Below, one piece after another: positions 50,701 to 60,162 of a stretch of DNA of 64,000 bases. A program made the translations under genes and the position numbers. Within the stretch, counting starts at the first letter, position 1. Each line of letters opens with the position of its first letter. The stretch is from Acidobacteriota bacterium (GTDB taxonomy: Bacteria > Acidobacteriota > UBA6911 > RPQK01 > G965218465). Location: assembly GCA_965218465.1 (NCBI GenBank), contig OZ244623.1, positions 2,868,097 through 2,932,096 of the forward strand, read 5' to 3'. A model generated the notes under the pieces. The model searched no databases, had not been told where the DNA came from, and saw only the letters and a list, made by a program, of their open reading frames with translations.

Positions 50701-51258
50701 GCATTGGATCTGGAAGAGGGCAGGAGACCTGAATTTGAAATACTGACACCTAGCCGGAGTCTGGAACCGCCGGCTCAGTTCGAGCCGAATTTGACCGTCC
50801 AGCAGTTGGAGCGAGCCGCTGGCCGTCCCGGTGGGCGGCGCTTTGGCATCCTGGTCCATACTTTGTTGCGCGATGTAACCCTCGAACCGGATCCGGAACA
50901 AGTCAGGGCGCTGGCCAAGTACCACAGCCGGATCTTGAAGGCTTCGGAGACAGAGCGCGAAGCGGCAGTCGAGACGGTCTTGCGTACTCTTGGGCATCCG
51001 TTGCTGGAACAAGCCCGCACGGCCCGGCGTTGTCACCGGGAATGGCCTTTGCTGCTCCACCTGAAGGATGGTCGAACGGTAGAGGGAATGATCGACTTGG
51101 CCTTCAAAACCGAATCGGGTTGGGTCGTGGTTGATTTCAAGACTGATCTGGACCAGGAAAAACAGGAACAACTCTACCGGATTCAGCTCAGTTGGTATCT
51201 GCTGGCGGTGTCCCGTCTCACGGAGAGCCCAACCCGTGGTGTGCTGCTCGGTGTTTAA
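47788..51258 (+). CDS. addA: AddA-like UvrD-family helicase with C-terminal RecB-type nuclease
   Basis: Walker A EAAAGTGKTTVL, UvrD motifs (FVDEFQDTDP, VGDPKQSIYRFRRAD), C-terminal nuclease GMIDLAF...VVVDFKTD. Confidence 0.7.
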   Translation: MSLSRQPSGPDKSTSEKLIAEDRRMRERILTSLEESLLVEAAAGTGKTTVLVHRLVEVLKQGTGIDGVAAVTFTRKAAGELKLRLRQGLEQARVQASPSEKANLETAIARLEEARIGTIHSFCAELLRERPVEAGVDPDFQELSEEEAPRFFDQAFKVWIQQKLDEMPEALSRVLTRLAHRRRFGNLSALEQIREAGWKLAEWRDFSASWRRQPFDPGAAVDRLLKQIAEVARISAKCEYRKDYLRLSLQPTRFFQRDLEKARELGALDPHDLEARLIELSFALNRDRRKGRGLFVQGYSRQQVLQLREELTRCLEDFKVRADADLAALLQRELQGLIAQYEQVKRRAGSLDFVDLLIGARRLIRDNPTVRAHLQRRFTHIFVDEFQDTDPLQIEIILLLAAGDVNQSDWEQVQVKPGKLFLVGDPKQSIYRFRRADVTLYQRVKAQLLGAGVGEARLSRNFRSEQPLQEAVNAAFSDVMDGDPEVGQPDYVPLLEHLPGNPAHPPVVALPPPRPYGYYGITKKAVEECLPDTVAAFLDWLIRESGWSIRDPEDPQTLIPIQPHHISLLFRRFLSWGKDVTRPYVQALDARSLPHLLVGSRSFHQREEVETLLAALTAVEWPDDALSVFATLKASLFAIPDNLLLRWRLELGSLHPFRKLPESIDPDFEAIVQALELLAELHRRRNSRPVVETVNEILEFTRAHAGFAFRPAGDRVLANVQKICDLARRYETSGGISFRGFVERLTEESQRPRSNEAPVVEEGAEGIRMMTLHSAKGLESPVVVLCDITANLASREPDKLVDRKRSLCAMKTLGCAPWELIEAAEAEHRKDLAEGVRIAYVAATRARDLLVVPAVGDKALKGGWVSPLDPAVYPAQHARRNSRPDPRCPEFGNVTVLARPMRWDGTVESSVKPGLHRPAKGRHEVVWWDPSILSLGSEGGVGLRREKILARDEGNQAERGLELYLDWKEQRALDLEEGRRPEFEILTPSRSLEPPAQFEPNLTVQQLERAAGRPGGRRFGILVHTLLRDVTLEPDPEQVRALAKYHSRILKASETEREAAVETVLRTLGHPLLEQARTARRCHREWPLLLHLKDGRTVEGMIDLAFKTESGWVVVDFKTDLDQEKQEQLYRIQLSWYLLAVSRLTESPTRGVLLGV

Positions 51259-51363
51259 GTAGCGGTTGCTTGCTGACGGTTACTACCTTCGTTCCGGAAA
51301 CCAATCGATTTTGTTAGACTGGCGGCCTGCGAAAGCAAAGCCAACCGAGGTTGTATTCAGATC

Positions 51364-52728
51364 ATGAGTAGACCGTTGCCATCGACGGCTCCCGACGAGC
51401 CCTGGTCTCCTACTTCCTGGCAAAGTAAACCAGTGGCTCAGCTTCCCGTTTATGCCCGAACTGAAAAACTGGAGGAAGTGCTGAGTCAACTGGCCCGATT
51501 ACCACCGCTGGTGACCAGTTGGGAGATCGAAGCGCTACGCGGTCAATTGGCGGACGCAGCCCTGGGAAAACGCTTTTTGTTGCAAGGTGGCGACTGCTCG
51601 GAAAACTTTGAAGATTGCGAGTCTTCGATTATTGCCAGCAAATTGAAGATTCTGTTGCAGATGAGCCTGGTATTGATTCACAGCGGCCAAAAGCAGGTCA
51701 TCCGGGTGGGGCGATTCGCCGGCCAATACGCCAAACCGCGCTCCAATGACCTGGAAACCCGCCAAGGCGTGAGCCTGCCCAGTTACCGCGGCGATATGAT
51801 CAATCGGCTTCCGTTCACCGACCAAGATCGCAACCCTGACCCGGAGTTGCTCTTGCGAGGTTATGAACGGGCCGCCTTGACCCTCAACTTCATCCGCTCG
51901 CTGATCGACTGCGGCTTTGCCGATCTCCATCATCTCGAGTATTGGGAACTCGACTTTGTAGCGCACTCTTCTCAAGCCCGGGAGTACCAACAGATCGTCC
52001 GTTCTCTCTCCCAATCTTTACGGTTTTTTGAAACCCTGTCCGGCTCCAAACTGGGCGAGGTCGATCGGGTCGATTTCTTTACCAGTCACGAGGGTCTGCA
52101 TCTTTACTACGAACAGGCCCAAACCCGGCTGATTCCGAGAGTCGGTCAATGGTTCGATCTGTCTACTCATTTTCCCTGGATTGGGGACCGAACCCGCTCA
52201 CCCGAGGGTGCTCACGTCGAATACTTTCGCGGTATCCGGAATCCCATCGGCATCAAGATTGGTCCCAGCACGGATCCTGAAGACCTGTGTCGGCTGATCG
52301 ACATCTTCTGTCCGCAGGATGAACCTGGACGGCTCACTCTGATTCACCGTTTCGGCGCCGAGCAGATCGAGAAGTATCTCCCTGTCCTGATTCGGGCCGC
52401 TCGACAAACGGGAAAGACGGTCTTGTGGTGTTGTGATCCCATGCACGGCAACACCCACAGCACCCGCCAAGGCTATAAGACGCGCGACTTTGGCCGCATC
52501 TGCTCGGAGGTCGAAAAGGCGTTCGACATTCACGAGTCTCTAGGGTCTTTTGTTGGTGGACTCCACATCGAGGTGACAGGTGAGAACGTCACCGAGTGCG
52601 TGGGCGGCGCCCGTAAACTGACTGAGGCTGATCTCAGCCAGGCATACAAGACTCAGGTGGACCCACGGCTCAACTACGAGCAGGCCTTGGAATTGGCCAT
52701 GTTGATCGCTCGCCGGCTGCAGAAGTGA
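51364..52728 (+). CDS. class II (plant-like) 3-deoxy-7-phosphoheptulonate (DAHP) synthase
   Basis: GRFAGQYAKPRS, KILLQMS and CDPMHGNT motifs diagnostic of AroA(II) DAHP synthases; 454 aa. Confidence 0.8.
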   Translation: MSRPLPSTAPDEPWSPTSWQSKPVAQLPVYARTEKLEEVLSQLARLPPLVTSWEIEALRGQLADAALGKRFLLQGGDCSENFEDCESSIIASKLKILLQMSLVLIHSGQKQVIRVGRFAGQYAKPRSNDLETRQGVSLPSYRGDMINRLPFTDQDRNPDPELLLRGYERAALTLNFIRSLIDCGFADLHHLEYWELDFVAHSSQAREYQQIVRSLSQSLRFFETLSGSKLGEVDRVDFFTSHEGLHLYYEQAQTRLIPRVGQWFDLSTHFPWIGDRTRSPEGAHVEYFRGIRNPIGIKIGPSTDPEDLCRLIDIFCPQDEPGRLTLIHRFGAEQIEKYLPVLIRAARQTGKTVLWCCDPMHGNTHSTRQGYKTRDFGRICSEVEKAFDIHESLGSFVGGLHIEVTGENVTECVGGARKLTEADLSQAYKTQVDPRLNYEQALELAMLIARRLQK

Positions 52729-52761
52729 ACTCCGCTTTCCTTCACCGGGTGCGTTGCTGAA

Positions 52762-54639
52762 TCAGGAGATTTCGTCGGCGAGGCTTTGGGCCTCGCTCAG
52801 CAGTCGCTCCAATACCTCCAGTCCCGAGCTCCAGAACTGGGGATCGTCGATATTCAGTCCCATCCGGGCGATGAGTCGGGCCGGCGTGTCGCTGCCTCCC
52901 GCCTTCAGCAATTCCAAATATTTGGGTACGAAGCAAGCCCCTTGGCGTTGGTACTGATTCCAAAGAGTCAAGACCAACAACTCTCCGAAGCTATAGGCAT
53001 AACAGTAGAAGGGGGCGTGGACGAAGTGGGGAATGTAAGACCACCAGCGTTTGTAGCCGTCGGTGAGCTCTACGGCCGATCCATGCATCGGTGCATTGAC
53101 CTCCAGCCAGAGACGATCGAGATCCTCGGTAGAGAGCTCTCCTTCAGCCCGTGACCGGTGGATGCTCTGTTCAAAGCGAGTCAGAACGATCTGACGAAAA
53201 ACTGTGGCAACGGAGCTCTCCAGCTTGTGGCACAGGAGTGCCAGCTTGACCTTGGGATCCGCTTGCTGTTTGAGCAAACCATCGAAAACCAGCATCTCTC
53301 CAAAAACACTGGCCGTTTCAGCCAAAGTCAGGGGAGTCGTTTGTTGCAAGATTCCCTGTGGCTGCGCCAAACGCTGATGAACACCATGGCCCAGTTCGTG
53401 GGCCAAGGTCATGACGTCGTTCAGTTTGTCGGTGTAGTTCATCAGGATGTAGGGATGAACCGAGGGAACCGTGGAGCTGCAAAAGGCTCCACCTCGTTTA
53501 CCTGAACGAGGCCCGGCATCCACCCAGTGACCGGAGAAAAACTCGTCAACGACGGCGCCCAAGCTGGGACTGAACTCAGAGTAGGAATCTCTGACGATTT
53601 GGCAGGCTTGATCCCAATTACAGTGGGGGATCGTCGCACCCTTGATCTCAACCGGAGCGTAGCGATCGTAGTCATAGAGCGGAGAGATTCCCAGCAGGCG
53701 GGACTTGAGCCGATAATAGTCCTTCACAATGCAGATTCGGTCTTCACAGGCAGAGACCAGGGCATCTACGGTCTCGCGCTGAATTTCGTTGGCGAGGTGA
53801 CGACTGTCGGCGGGGTCATCGTAATCTTTGAGGCGGCTGTTGACGGCATGATCCCGGAGCAGGGTGTTAAAGACGAAAGTTGTCAGGCGCGAGTCCTTTT
53901 CCAGTCCTCGCGTAAAACCCGCATGCGCGGCTTGGCGGACGGCTCGGTCCGAATGGTGCAGCAGCGCCAGCGTTTCACTTTGGCTCATTGACTGGGTTCT
54001 TCCTTCAAGCTCGACCTCGTAAACGGCAGCACTCGTCGTCTCGTCGAATAGCCGTCTAAAGGCCGTTGCTCCGGTCGAACTCTTCTCAGCCAGAATGATC
54101 TCCTCAGCCTCGCTCAGAGTATGCGGCTTGTAGCGCCGAATGCCGGTCAAAAAGTGTTTCCAGCGCGCGCAACTTGGGCCCTCCACTACCTTGGCGGCCA
54201 CGTCGTCATCGAGAGCAATCCAGTCCAGTTCGAAGAACATCACCGTGGTCCGGACTTTGGTCAAAAGCTCTTCGCTGCGTGCCAGCAGAGCACCGTGGCG
54301 GGAATTGTTGGAATCGGCCGAGTGCAGCAACCGAGTGTAGGACACGACGCGGTAAGCCAAGTCGAGCACCCGCTCGTAATGCCGGAGTGCTTGAGCAATC
54401 AGTTCGGGGCTGGGTCCGGAGGGTACCGCGATCCGGTCCCGATAGCGGTGCACAAATTCTTCCGCGGCCGTTACGGCGTCCTGCTCGGTCTGGGCCAAGC
54501 TGGGATCTTCCGGAGACTCGAAAAGATCGCTAAGGTCCCAACAAACACGCTCGGCACTCAGCCGAGTCGATTTGTTCGCACTAACCGAGGTGGTACCGGG
54601 GGAATCCCTGCCGGGTGCAAACTGGTGAATGTCGGTCAT
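52762..54639 (-). CDS. pepF: M3-family oligoendopeptidase F
   Basis: 625 aa with Zn-site HELGHGVHQ (HExxH) and M3B-family layout. Confidence 0.75.
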   Translation of the reverse strand: MTDIHQFAPGRDSPGTTSVSANKSTRLSAERVCWDLSDLFESPEDPSLAQTEQDAVTAAEEFVHRYRDRIAVPSGPSPELIAQALRHYERVLDLAYRVVSYTRLLHSADSNNSRHGALLARSEELLTKVRTTVMFFELDWIALDDDVAAKVVEGPSCARWKHFLTGIRRYKPHTLSEAEEIILAEKSSTGATAFRRLFDETTSAAVYEVELEGRTQSMSQSETLALLHHSDRAVRQAAHAGFTRGLEKDSRLTTFVFNTLLRDHAVNSRLKDYDDPADSRHLANEIQRETVDALVSACEDRICIVKDYYRLKSRLLGISPLYDYDRYAPVEIKGATIPHCNWDQACQIVRDSYSEFSPSLGAVVDEFFSGHWVDAGPRSGKRGGAFCSSTVPSVHPYILMNYTDKLNDVMTLAHELGHGVHQRLAQPQGILQQTTPLTLAETASVFGEMLVFDGLLKQQADPKVKLALLCHKLESSVATVFRQIVLTRFEQSIHRSRAEGELSTEDLDRLWLEVNAPMHGSAVELTDGYKRWWSYIPHFVHAPFYCYAYSFGELLVLTLWNQYQRQGACFVPKYLELLKAGGSDTPARLIARMGLNIDDPQFWSSGLEVLERLLSEAQSLADEIS

Positions 54640-54825
54640 CGATTCCTCCCGGCGTCAACACGCGATCATTTCATCAGCCGTACTTGAGGTCAAACGACTT
54701 GAGAAGGCAACCAAACAGGCTTACCGGCAGGACCTAAGTCAGGCTCCTCTTACACAAACGGCAAAGAAGGGTCCGCAGCTTCGGCCGGCCGGATCGACAC
54801 GCCGAAGGTCGGCTGACGAGGGTTC

Positions 54826-55851
54826 TTATTCCGGCTCCAATACCGCCAAGAGTGAAATGGGATCGACACGGGTTTGAGCCAATCGCACCGTCCAGTGGAG
54901 GTGAGCGCCCGTGACTCGGCCCGTTGCTCCCACCAGCCCCACCACTTGACCGGTAACAACCTCCTCGTCCTTGCGAACCTCGATGCGAGAGAGGTGACCG
55001 AAATAAGAATAAAGACCCAAACCGTGATCCAAAATGACAGTGTTCCCCGAGTAGTAGAGCGGTGCTGCCAGAACCACTCGGCCGGAGTTGGGAGACCGCA
55101 CCGGTGTCCCCTCGCCGGCACTGAAGTCCGTTCCACTATGAGGGCTGCGCGGTTGTCGGTTGAGTACGCTTCGCTTTCCGAATCCGCTGGTCGGCGCCCC
55201 CGGCACCGGCAGAACGAAAGCTTGGTTCCAAAGTCGCTTGGGGGTCACCGACTTGAAAATTGAGGCAACCTGGCGCGACTCGCGGCGAATGCGTTCCAGC
55301 TCATCGGCTGGAGGGGTCACAAATTTGGGGTCAACGGTCAGATGCCGGGTAGGAAAAGTCTTGCTTGCCACCTTCAACATCAGCTGCCGCGGTTGGAGAA
55401 CTCCATCCACTTCCACGTCGACCGGATAGTCGCCGGCCGGTATAGCGAGGTCAATTCCCAACAAACCCTCCCAATGCTGTGGAGACACGCGAAAACAAGC
55501 AAAGGTCTTGTCCCAGGCCTTCAGCCTGACCTGCTTGGCCGGCTGCGGAAGGCTGAGGGAAAAGCGAACCACCTCTCCAGGGCCTAGGGAGCGGGCGTGG
55601 TGGCGAATCTGGAGTTGGGGATTGGCAGGCGATGGAGAGGGTTGGGCGGCCAGCGAAAATAGCCCCGCGACGCATACCAGTCGAATCCATCCGATCCGAG
55701 TCTTGACTCTTGAGGCCGGTTTGAACACTGTCGATCCTTGCTGGCATGGCTGCGTGCCGCGGGTCGGCGCGCCCATCAGACCCCTGGCGAGTCGTGCGCG
55801 GCCACTACAATAATTGCCTGGTCCGACTAAAACCGCCGTCACCATCTCCAA
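54826..55851 (-). CDS. M23 (LytM) family metallopeptidase, secreted
   Basis: HSGTDFSA...GNTVILDHG...YFGHLS...GAHLHW, the H-x3-D / HxH LytM signature. Signal-like IGWIRLVCVAGLFSLAAQ; true start probably internal to the ORF. Confidence 0.7.
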   Translation of the reverse strand: MEMVTAVLVGPGNYCSGRARLARGLMGAPTRGTQPCQQGSTVFKPASRVKTRIGWIRLVCVAGLFSLAAQPSPSPANPQLQIRHHARSLGPGEVVRFSLSLPQPAKQVRLKAWDKTFACFRVSPQHWEGLLGIDLAIPAGDYPVDVEVDGVLQPRQLMLKVASKTFPTRHLTVDPKFVTPPADELERIRRESRQVASIFKSVTPKRLWNQAFVLPVPGAPTSGFGKRSVLNRQPRSPHSGTDFSAGEGTPVRSPNSGRVVLAAPLYYSGNTVILDHGLGLYSYFGHLSRIEVRKDEEVVTGQVVGLVGATGRVTGAHLHWTVRLAQTRVDPISLLAVLEPE

Positions 55852-55858
55852 GATGGGG

Positions 55859-56452
55859 TCAGCGGACTCTCAAGGTATCCGTGAACTCGTCAAAACTCTG
55901 CTTCCACTTGAGCACGGTTTGATCGGGGCCCGTCAGTTTGAAAAACCAAGGCCCCCCAGTGGTCTCGAGGATGGCCGCCAGCAAACGGAAATTGGGCTTG
56001 GGCGGTCCCGGTGGCGCCATCGGTCCCATGGAAGCCGTGTAATTGCCCGCTACTTCGACAACCGTCACTGTTTGGCCGTCGACCTCTTTGGTTCGGGTTT
56101 CGGCCGAGGCGGCAGCCGAGCTGCCGTCGGCTTGCGTGAATTGACCGATCCAGCGCGAAACGTTGGCCTCGACGCTTCCCCCCTGTCCGGGAAAGTGGAA
56201 AACGATCAGTTCGGCGTCCTCCGGGTCACCCTCAACCCGCGCCAGAAGATATCGATCCTGCCGCATGGGCGAACCGGGGTCGACTTGGGTCCAATCCGGG
56301 GGAGCCTGATAAGTAACAGCGGCGCCGGTTTGGCTGCCTTCAGACTGTGGAAGGGGAAAGGCACGCGTTTCAGTATTAGTAGGGGCCTCATTCGAACAGC
56401 CCAGCATCGACAAGGTTAAAAATCCCAGCCCAGCCCAATTTCTACCTATCAT
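55859..56452 (-). CDS. hypothetical lipoprotein
   Basis: MIGRNWAGLGFLTLSMLGCS (lipobox L-S-M-L-G-C), then a ~175-aa mature domain with no known motif. Confidence 0.45.
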   Translation of the reverse strand: MIGRNWAGLGFLTLSMLGCSNEAPTNTETRAFPLPQSEGSQTGAAVTYQAPPDWTQVDPGSPMRQDRYLLARVEGDPEDAELIVFHFPGQGGSVEANVSRWIGQFTQADGSSAAASAETRTKEVDGQTVTVVEVAGNYTASMGPMAPPGPPKPNFRLLAAILETTGGPWFFKLTGPDQTVLKWKQSFDEFTDTLRVR

Positions 56453-56490
56453 TCTCACCCTCCTTGGAGATCTCTCCAACCCCGGTTCCC

Positions 56491-56889
56491 TCAACTATTT
56501 TCGCCGCTGTCCAACAAGGGGGACCTGCCGGCGAACCCGCTGTCTACCTCATGCCAGTAAGTGATATCTTCTTCGCCGAGTTTCCAGCAAAGGTACACTT
56601 CGCGTCCCTCGCGGACATGGGGGAAGTCGATCAGGCCTTCCTGCACCCCCTTCACCAAACAACCCAGTTCTTGCAGCCGGGTGACTTGAGACCTTAACGC
56701 GACCAGCAAGAGGATGTAGTTGGTGCCGGCGGGGCTGCCGGCATCGTAGGGCCGATGCTCGGCCAAAGCCTGAGCCACCTTGCCATAGCCTTCAAGCTCG
56801 CTGGAGATCCCCACCATTCTGTCAGCCAGCTTTCTTACGGTCGGCAGCAGACTACGCGCTTCGGCGACTGAGAAATAACGTTTGGCCAT
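56491..56889 (-). CDS. DUF2203-like small protein
   Basis: MAKRYFSVAEARSLLPTVRKLADRMV... resembles the N-terminus of DUF2203 family proteins; tentative. Confidence 0.35.
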   Translation of the reverse strand: MAKRYFSVAEARSLLPTVRKLADRMVGISSELEGYGKVAQALAEHRPYDAGSPAGTNYILLLVALRSQVTRLQELGCLVKGVQEGLIDFPHVREGREVYLCWKLGEEDITYWHEVDSGFAGRSPLLDSGENS

Positions 56890-57024
56890 CAGTACGGTAG
56901 CGATTATATAGCAGCAGGCAGAGCTGTTGAATTGTGTTTATACTCAGGTGTTGGAGCTTTTCACCGTCTCATCGCTCCCGCGAAAGGGAAATCTACCGCG
57001 GCGCCGGAAGTAGGCCAGCAGCCC

Positions 57025-57663
57025 ATGAAATGCGTGATTTGCCAGCGGCGCAAGGGGAAGCGCCCATGTCCCGCCAAGGGTGCGAGCATTTGCTCCCAAT
57101 GCTGCGGGGAAAAGCGAGTGATCGAGATCGATTGTCCCGCCGACTGCCATTACCTGACTGCTGGGCAGGCGTACCACGTGGGGAAGAACTACGTCGCCCA
57201 TCTCGTCAGCCAACCGGACTTGGAACGCCGGAAAGTGCTCTATGAGACCAGTTTGAAATATGCCGAGCTGATCGATCGGGTGGAAGCTCAATTGGCGCAG
57301 GCTGCTGCCGGGACTCGCCTCCTTGAGGATGGCGAGGTGAAAGAAGCCTTTGAACTTCTGATCAAGAACTATCGCACGGAGCAAAGCGGTCTCGTCTACT
57401 CCCACTCCAGCCCCCGCCCTCAAGTTCAATTCTTGGTGCGCGAGTTGGGAGAATTCCTGGAAGGTCTACGCCAGCAAGCCAAGATCGGCGAGACCCCTGG
57501 GCTGGGGCTTGAGGACCTCATCTGTTGCCTGGATTGGTTGGGGTCCAAAGTGGACTTTCAACTCAAGAAACAGGGTGGAGCGGGACGGGATTATCTCAAG
57601 CTGGTGGCCAGAAGCCACCCCGAGAGTCGACCCAAAGCTTCAGGGAAGCTGATCTATCCCTGA
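57025..57663 (+). CDS. hypothetical Cys-rich (zinc-ribbon-like) protein
   Basis: MKCVICQRRKGKRPCPAKGASICSQCCGEKRVIEIDCPADCHY at the N-terminus; the rest is helical with no motif. Confidence 0.35.
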   Translation: MKCVICQRRKGKRPCPAKGASICSQCCGEKRVIEIDCPADCHYLTAGQAYHVGKNYVAHLVSQPDLERRKVLYETSLKYAELIDRVEAQLAQAAAGTRLLEDGEVKEAFELLIKNYRTEQSGLVYSHSSPRPQVQFLVRELGEFLEGLRQQAKIGETPGLGLEDLICCLDWLGSKVDFQLKKQGGAGRDYLKLVARSHPESRPKASGKLIYP

Positions 57664-57792
57664 AGAACCACCAATTCCGGACATTGGGTCTGAGCCGGGC
57701 GGGATTTCATTGGCGGAGCCTTGCGAACCGCAAAGGCAAAGGATCGGTCAGACTCGGCGCCGCGATCTGTGCATTCCGCTCGCGGTTGCCAT

Positions 57793-58512
57793 TCAGTAAC
57801 GCCACTCTTCGTGAGCAAGCGGCGCCTGGTTGAGTTGGTCTCGACGCAGGCGCCACCCAGGCATGAGACTGTCCATCAGGCGGCGAAACCGATCGTTGTG
57901 ACTGCGCTCGATCAAGTGGACCATCTCGTGCACCAGGATGTACTCGAGGCAGGAGGCCGGTTTCTTCACCAGTTCAAGATTCAGCCAGACGCGCCGGGCC
58001 TCTCGGTTGCAGGTTCCCCAACGGGTCCTCATCTTCCTGATGCGAACCTCGGCGACGCGCGCGCCTACTCTCGGTTCCCATTTCTCGAGCAGCGCCGGCA
58101 AGCGCGCGCGGAGCCGAGACCGATACCAGCGATGAAGTATCGCCTCCCGCTTGTCGCGGTTGGCACCGGGACGAATCCGCAGCCCCATCCTGGTGTTGTT
58201 GAGCAGGCGGACGGTGGGCGGAGCGTCGCGCTCGGTTACGTCGAGCCGGTAGCGCCGGCCCTCGAAGTAATGGCTCTCACCGCTGACGAATTCCCGCTGG
58301 GATTGTCGATCCTGTCCCACGAATTCGGCCTGCCGCCGGCGTCCGGTCGGTTCCGTTGATCCGCCGTGGTCGTCCTCCCGACAGGCTTCGAGATATGGCG
58401 TTCGAGCCGGCTTCCGGGAGGTCGATTCTGACCGCTGAAAAGTGGAGTTTCGTGCCGATCGGGGAGTGCACATGGGACAAAGGGGGGCATGTGCACGAAA
58501 GAGTCCTCTCAA
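57793..58512 (-). CDS. DUF45/YgjP (SprT-like, M48-type HExxH) metallopeptidase
   Basis: WGTCNREARRVWLNLELVKKPASCLEYILVHEMVHLIERSHNDRFRRLM, the DUF45 WGSC...HEL.H signature. N-terminal ~40 codons of the ORF are doubtful. Confidence 0.6.
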   Translation of the reverse strand: MRGLFRAHAPLCPMCTPRSARNSTFQRSESTSRKPARTPYLEACREDDHGGSTEPTGRRRQAEFVGQDRQSQREFVSGESHYFEGRRYRLDVTERDAPPTVRLLNNTRMGLRIRPGANRDKREAILHRWYRSRLRARLPALLEKWEPRVGARVAEVRIRKMRTRWGTCNREARRVWLNLELVKKPASCLEYILVHEMVHLIERSHNDRFRRLMDSLMPGWRLRRDQLNQAPLAHEEWRY

Positions 58513-58968
58513 TGTGCACGTACACTTTTTCCTATCCCGCTGTCCCCTTTACGGTTACGGCTCTACTCCCGGACTCGCCGTGCCGATCGGGGATTTCGGA
58601 GGTGGACGGGAGCGACCCCCCCTTTTTGCCTCCCGGATCGGCACTGCGGGGCAGGCTGATGTGCACTGGCGTGCCCTCACCTGGGAGGGGCGCTCCCGTC
58701 CCAACAATCCCTGCGGGAAGGCTCGGAGGAAGACTGCAAGTGGAACCTTCACCTTTCAATGACAGTCCCTGCGAAAATCGTGGGCGGGCTCCAGCCCTAT
58801 CCCGAAGGGAATTTTCCCAGATCACCTTCTTGTGCTCTAGTCTTTGGCATGTGGGAGCATGGGGCAACTGATTTGGAGGAACCGGTTTGCTACCGACATC
58901 CTATGCATGTCGGACTCTACGGGTAACATCCGCGTGGGGATTTGGCATAACAGTTCGGAGGTGACTAA

Positions 58969-60162
58969 ATGGCCCGCATGATCGATCTCGAAGCGCTGCT
59001 GAAAGCCTGTGATGACGATGCATTTGACGACGGTATCCGGTTCGATACGGAGCTTGTACCCCTTGGCGGGCCAGGCAGCCCAGTCAAGCCAGCAGTCTAT
59101 GAAGGTGGGACCTACCAGCAGGATCGCCGTTGGGCCGCACCCGATGATACCGAGTCCACGCCAGTTATCGTGATCGACAACGTGCCGTCACAGGCCAACC
59201 GGCTGGAAGATGCCCTCCGCCGCCACCGCGAATCAGTAGGCATACCGGAATTCATTCTCGACTTCTCCGATATGGCCCATTTGCCCGCGCATCTGCCCAG
59301 ACAATTGTCGAGCCTGAAGTTCCCGCATCGCAACGCTGACGCCTATCTTCGAGATGCCGAACTCGACGGCAAGGACTTCATCCAGACGGACTTGGGGAAG
59401 CAGATCTTTGGCGCCACTGCCCAGACCTGCGGACCGCTGATGGCGTGGTTCCCGCAGGCCCTGTTATACGGGTTCTGGCAGTCACACCTGGGCAAGAAGC
59501 GGTCCAACACCAAGCATGCGCGCGCCTGGGTCTCGGAGATCATCGGATGGAAGCCAGCGGCGGCAGACACCAAGGTGTTCGGCCTGAAGGGAGATCCTCT
59601 CAACCTGAACACGGACGAGGCCCTGATTTCGAACCCGAATGACCGACTGGATTGGGGGATGGGGAAGGCAAGGATCGAGGGTGGGAAGAAGGACAAGCTC
59701 TCCGAGATCGGGCATGGTCAGGTTCCTTTCATGGGTGACCAGGCAACCGCCGCGGCTGTTTCTTTCGCGCGAGTGACCCAACGGGCGACCGTATCCTTCG
59801 CGCAACTTCGGCGAGTGAGTCTTGGCCCAGGTCAGCAGGCGGCCGATTCCGCAGCCCGTGCCCTGTTGGTGGCCCTCGGTCTCCACGCCCATGTGCTGGC
59901 TTTTGGGCGCGGCTTCGCCCTTCGGTCGGGGGCCGACCTTCGGCCAGCCAAGCCCACCACAACATGGCTGGGGGCCAGGGGCGATGCCCCCTGTGAGATT
60001 GGTGGTGCGGAAAAGACCGCCGAACTGCTTGGCACTGCATTTGACGAAGCCCGATCCGAGGGTGTTCCACTCGATGGTTGGGATCGCGAGCCGTTGCACC
60101 TCACACCGAAGAACAATCTCCGCAAGGCCATTCTTGCCAGCTGGCCGGAGTTGGCGGACTAG
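58969..60162 (+). CDS. type I-G (I-U) Cas7 (Csb1/GSU0053-family) candidate
   Basis: 397 aa, first gene of a coupled csb1-csb2-cas3 trio. Assignment rests on position, size and the Gly/Arg-rich RAMP-like composition; no diagnostic motif confirmed. Confidence 0.5.
   Translation: MARMIDLEALLKACDDDAFDDGIRFDTELVPLGGPGSPVKPAVYEGGTYQQDRRWAAPDDTESTPVIVIDNVPSQANRLEDALRRHRESVGIPEFILDFSDMAHLPAHLPRQLSSLKFPHRNADAYLRDAELDGKDFIQTDLGKQIFGATAQTCGPLMAWFPQALLYGFWQSHLGKKRSNTKHARAWVSEIIGWKPAAADTKVFGLKGDPLNLNTDEALISNPNDRLDWGMGKARIEGGKKDKLSEIGHGQVPFMGDQATAAAVSFARVTQRATVSFAQLRRVSLGPGQQAADSAARALLVALGLHAHVLAFGRGFALRSGADLRPAKPTTTWLGARGDAPCEIGGAEKTAELLGTAFDEARSEGVPLDGWDREPLHLTPKNNLRKAILASWPELAD

Noticed and set aside
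58513-58968. Looked for a CRISPR repeat-spacer array upstream of the cas genes
   Set aside because: No regularly spaced direct repeats are visible in this 456-bp intergenic region or elsewhere in the window; only short imperfect palindromes.
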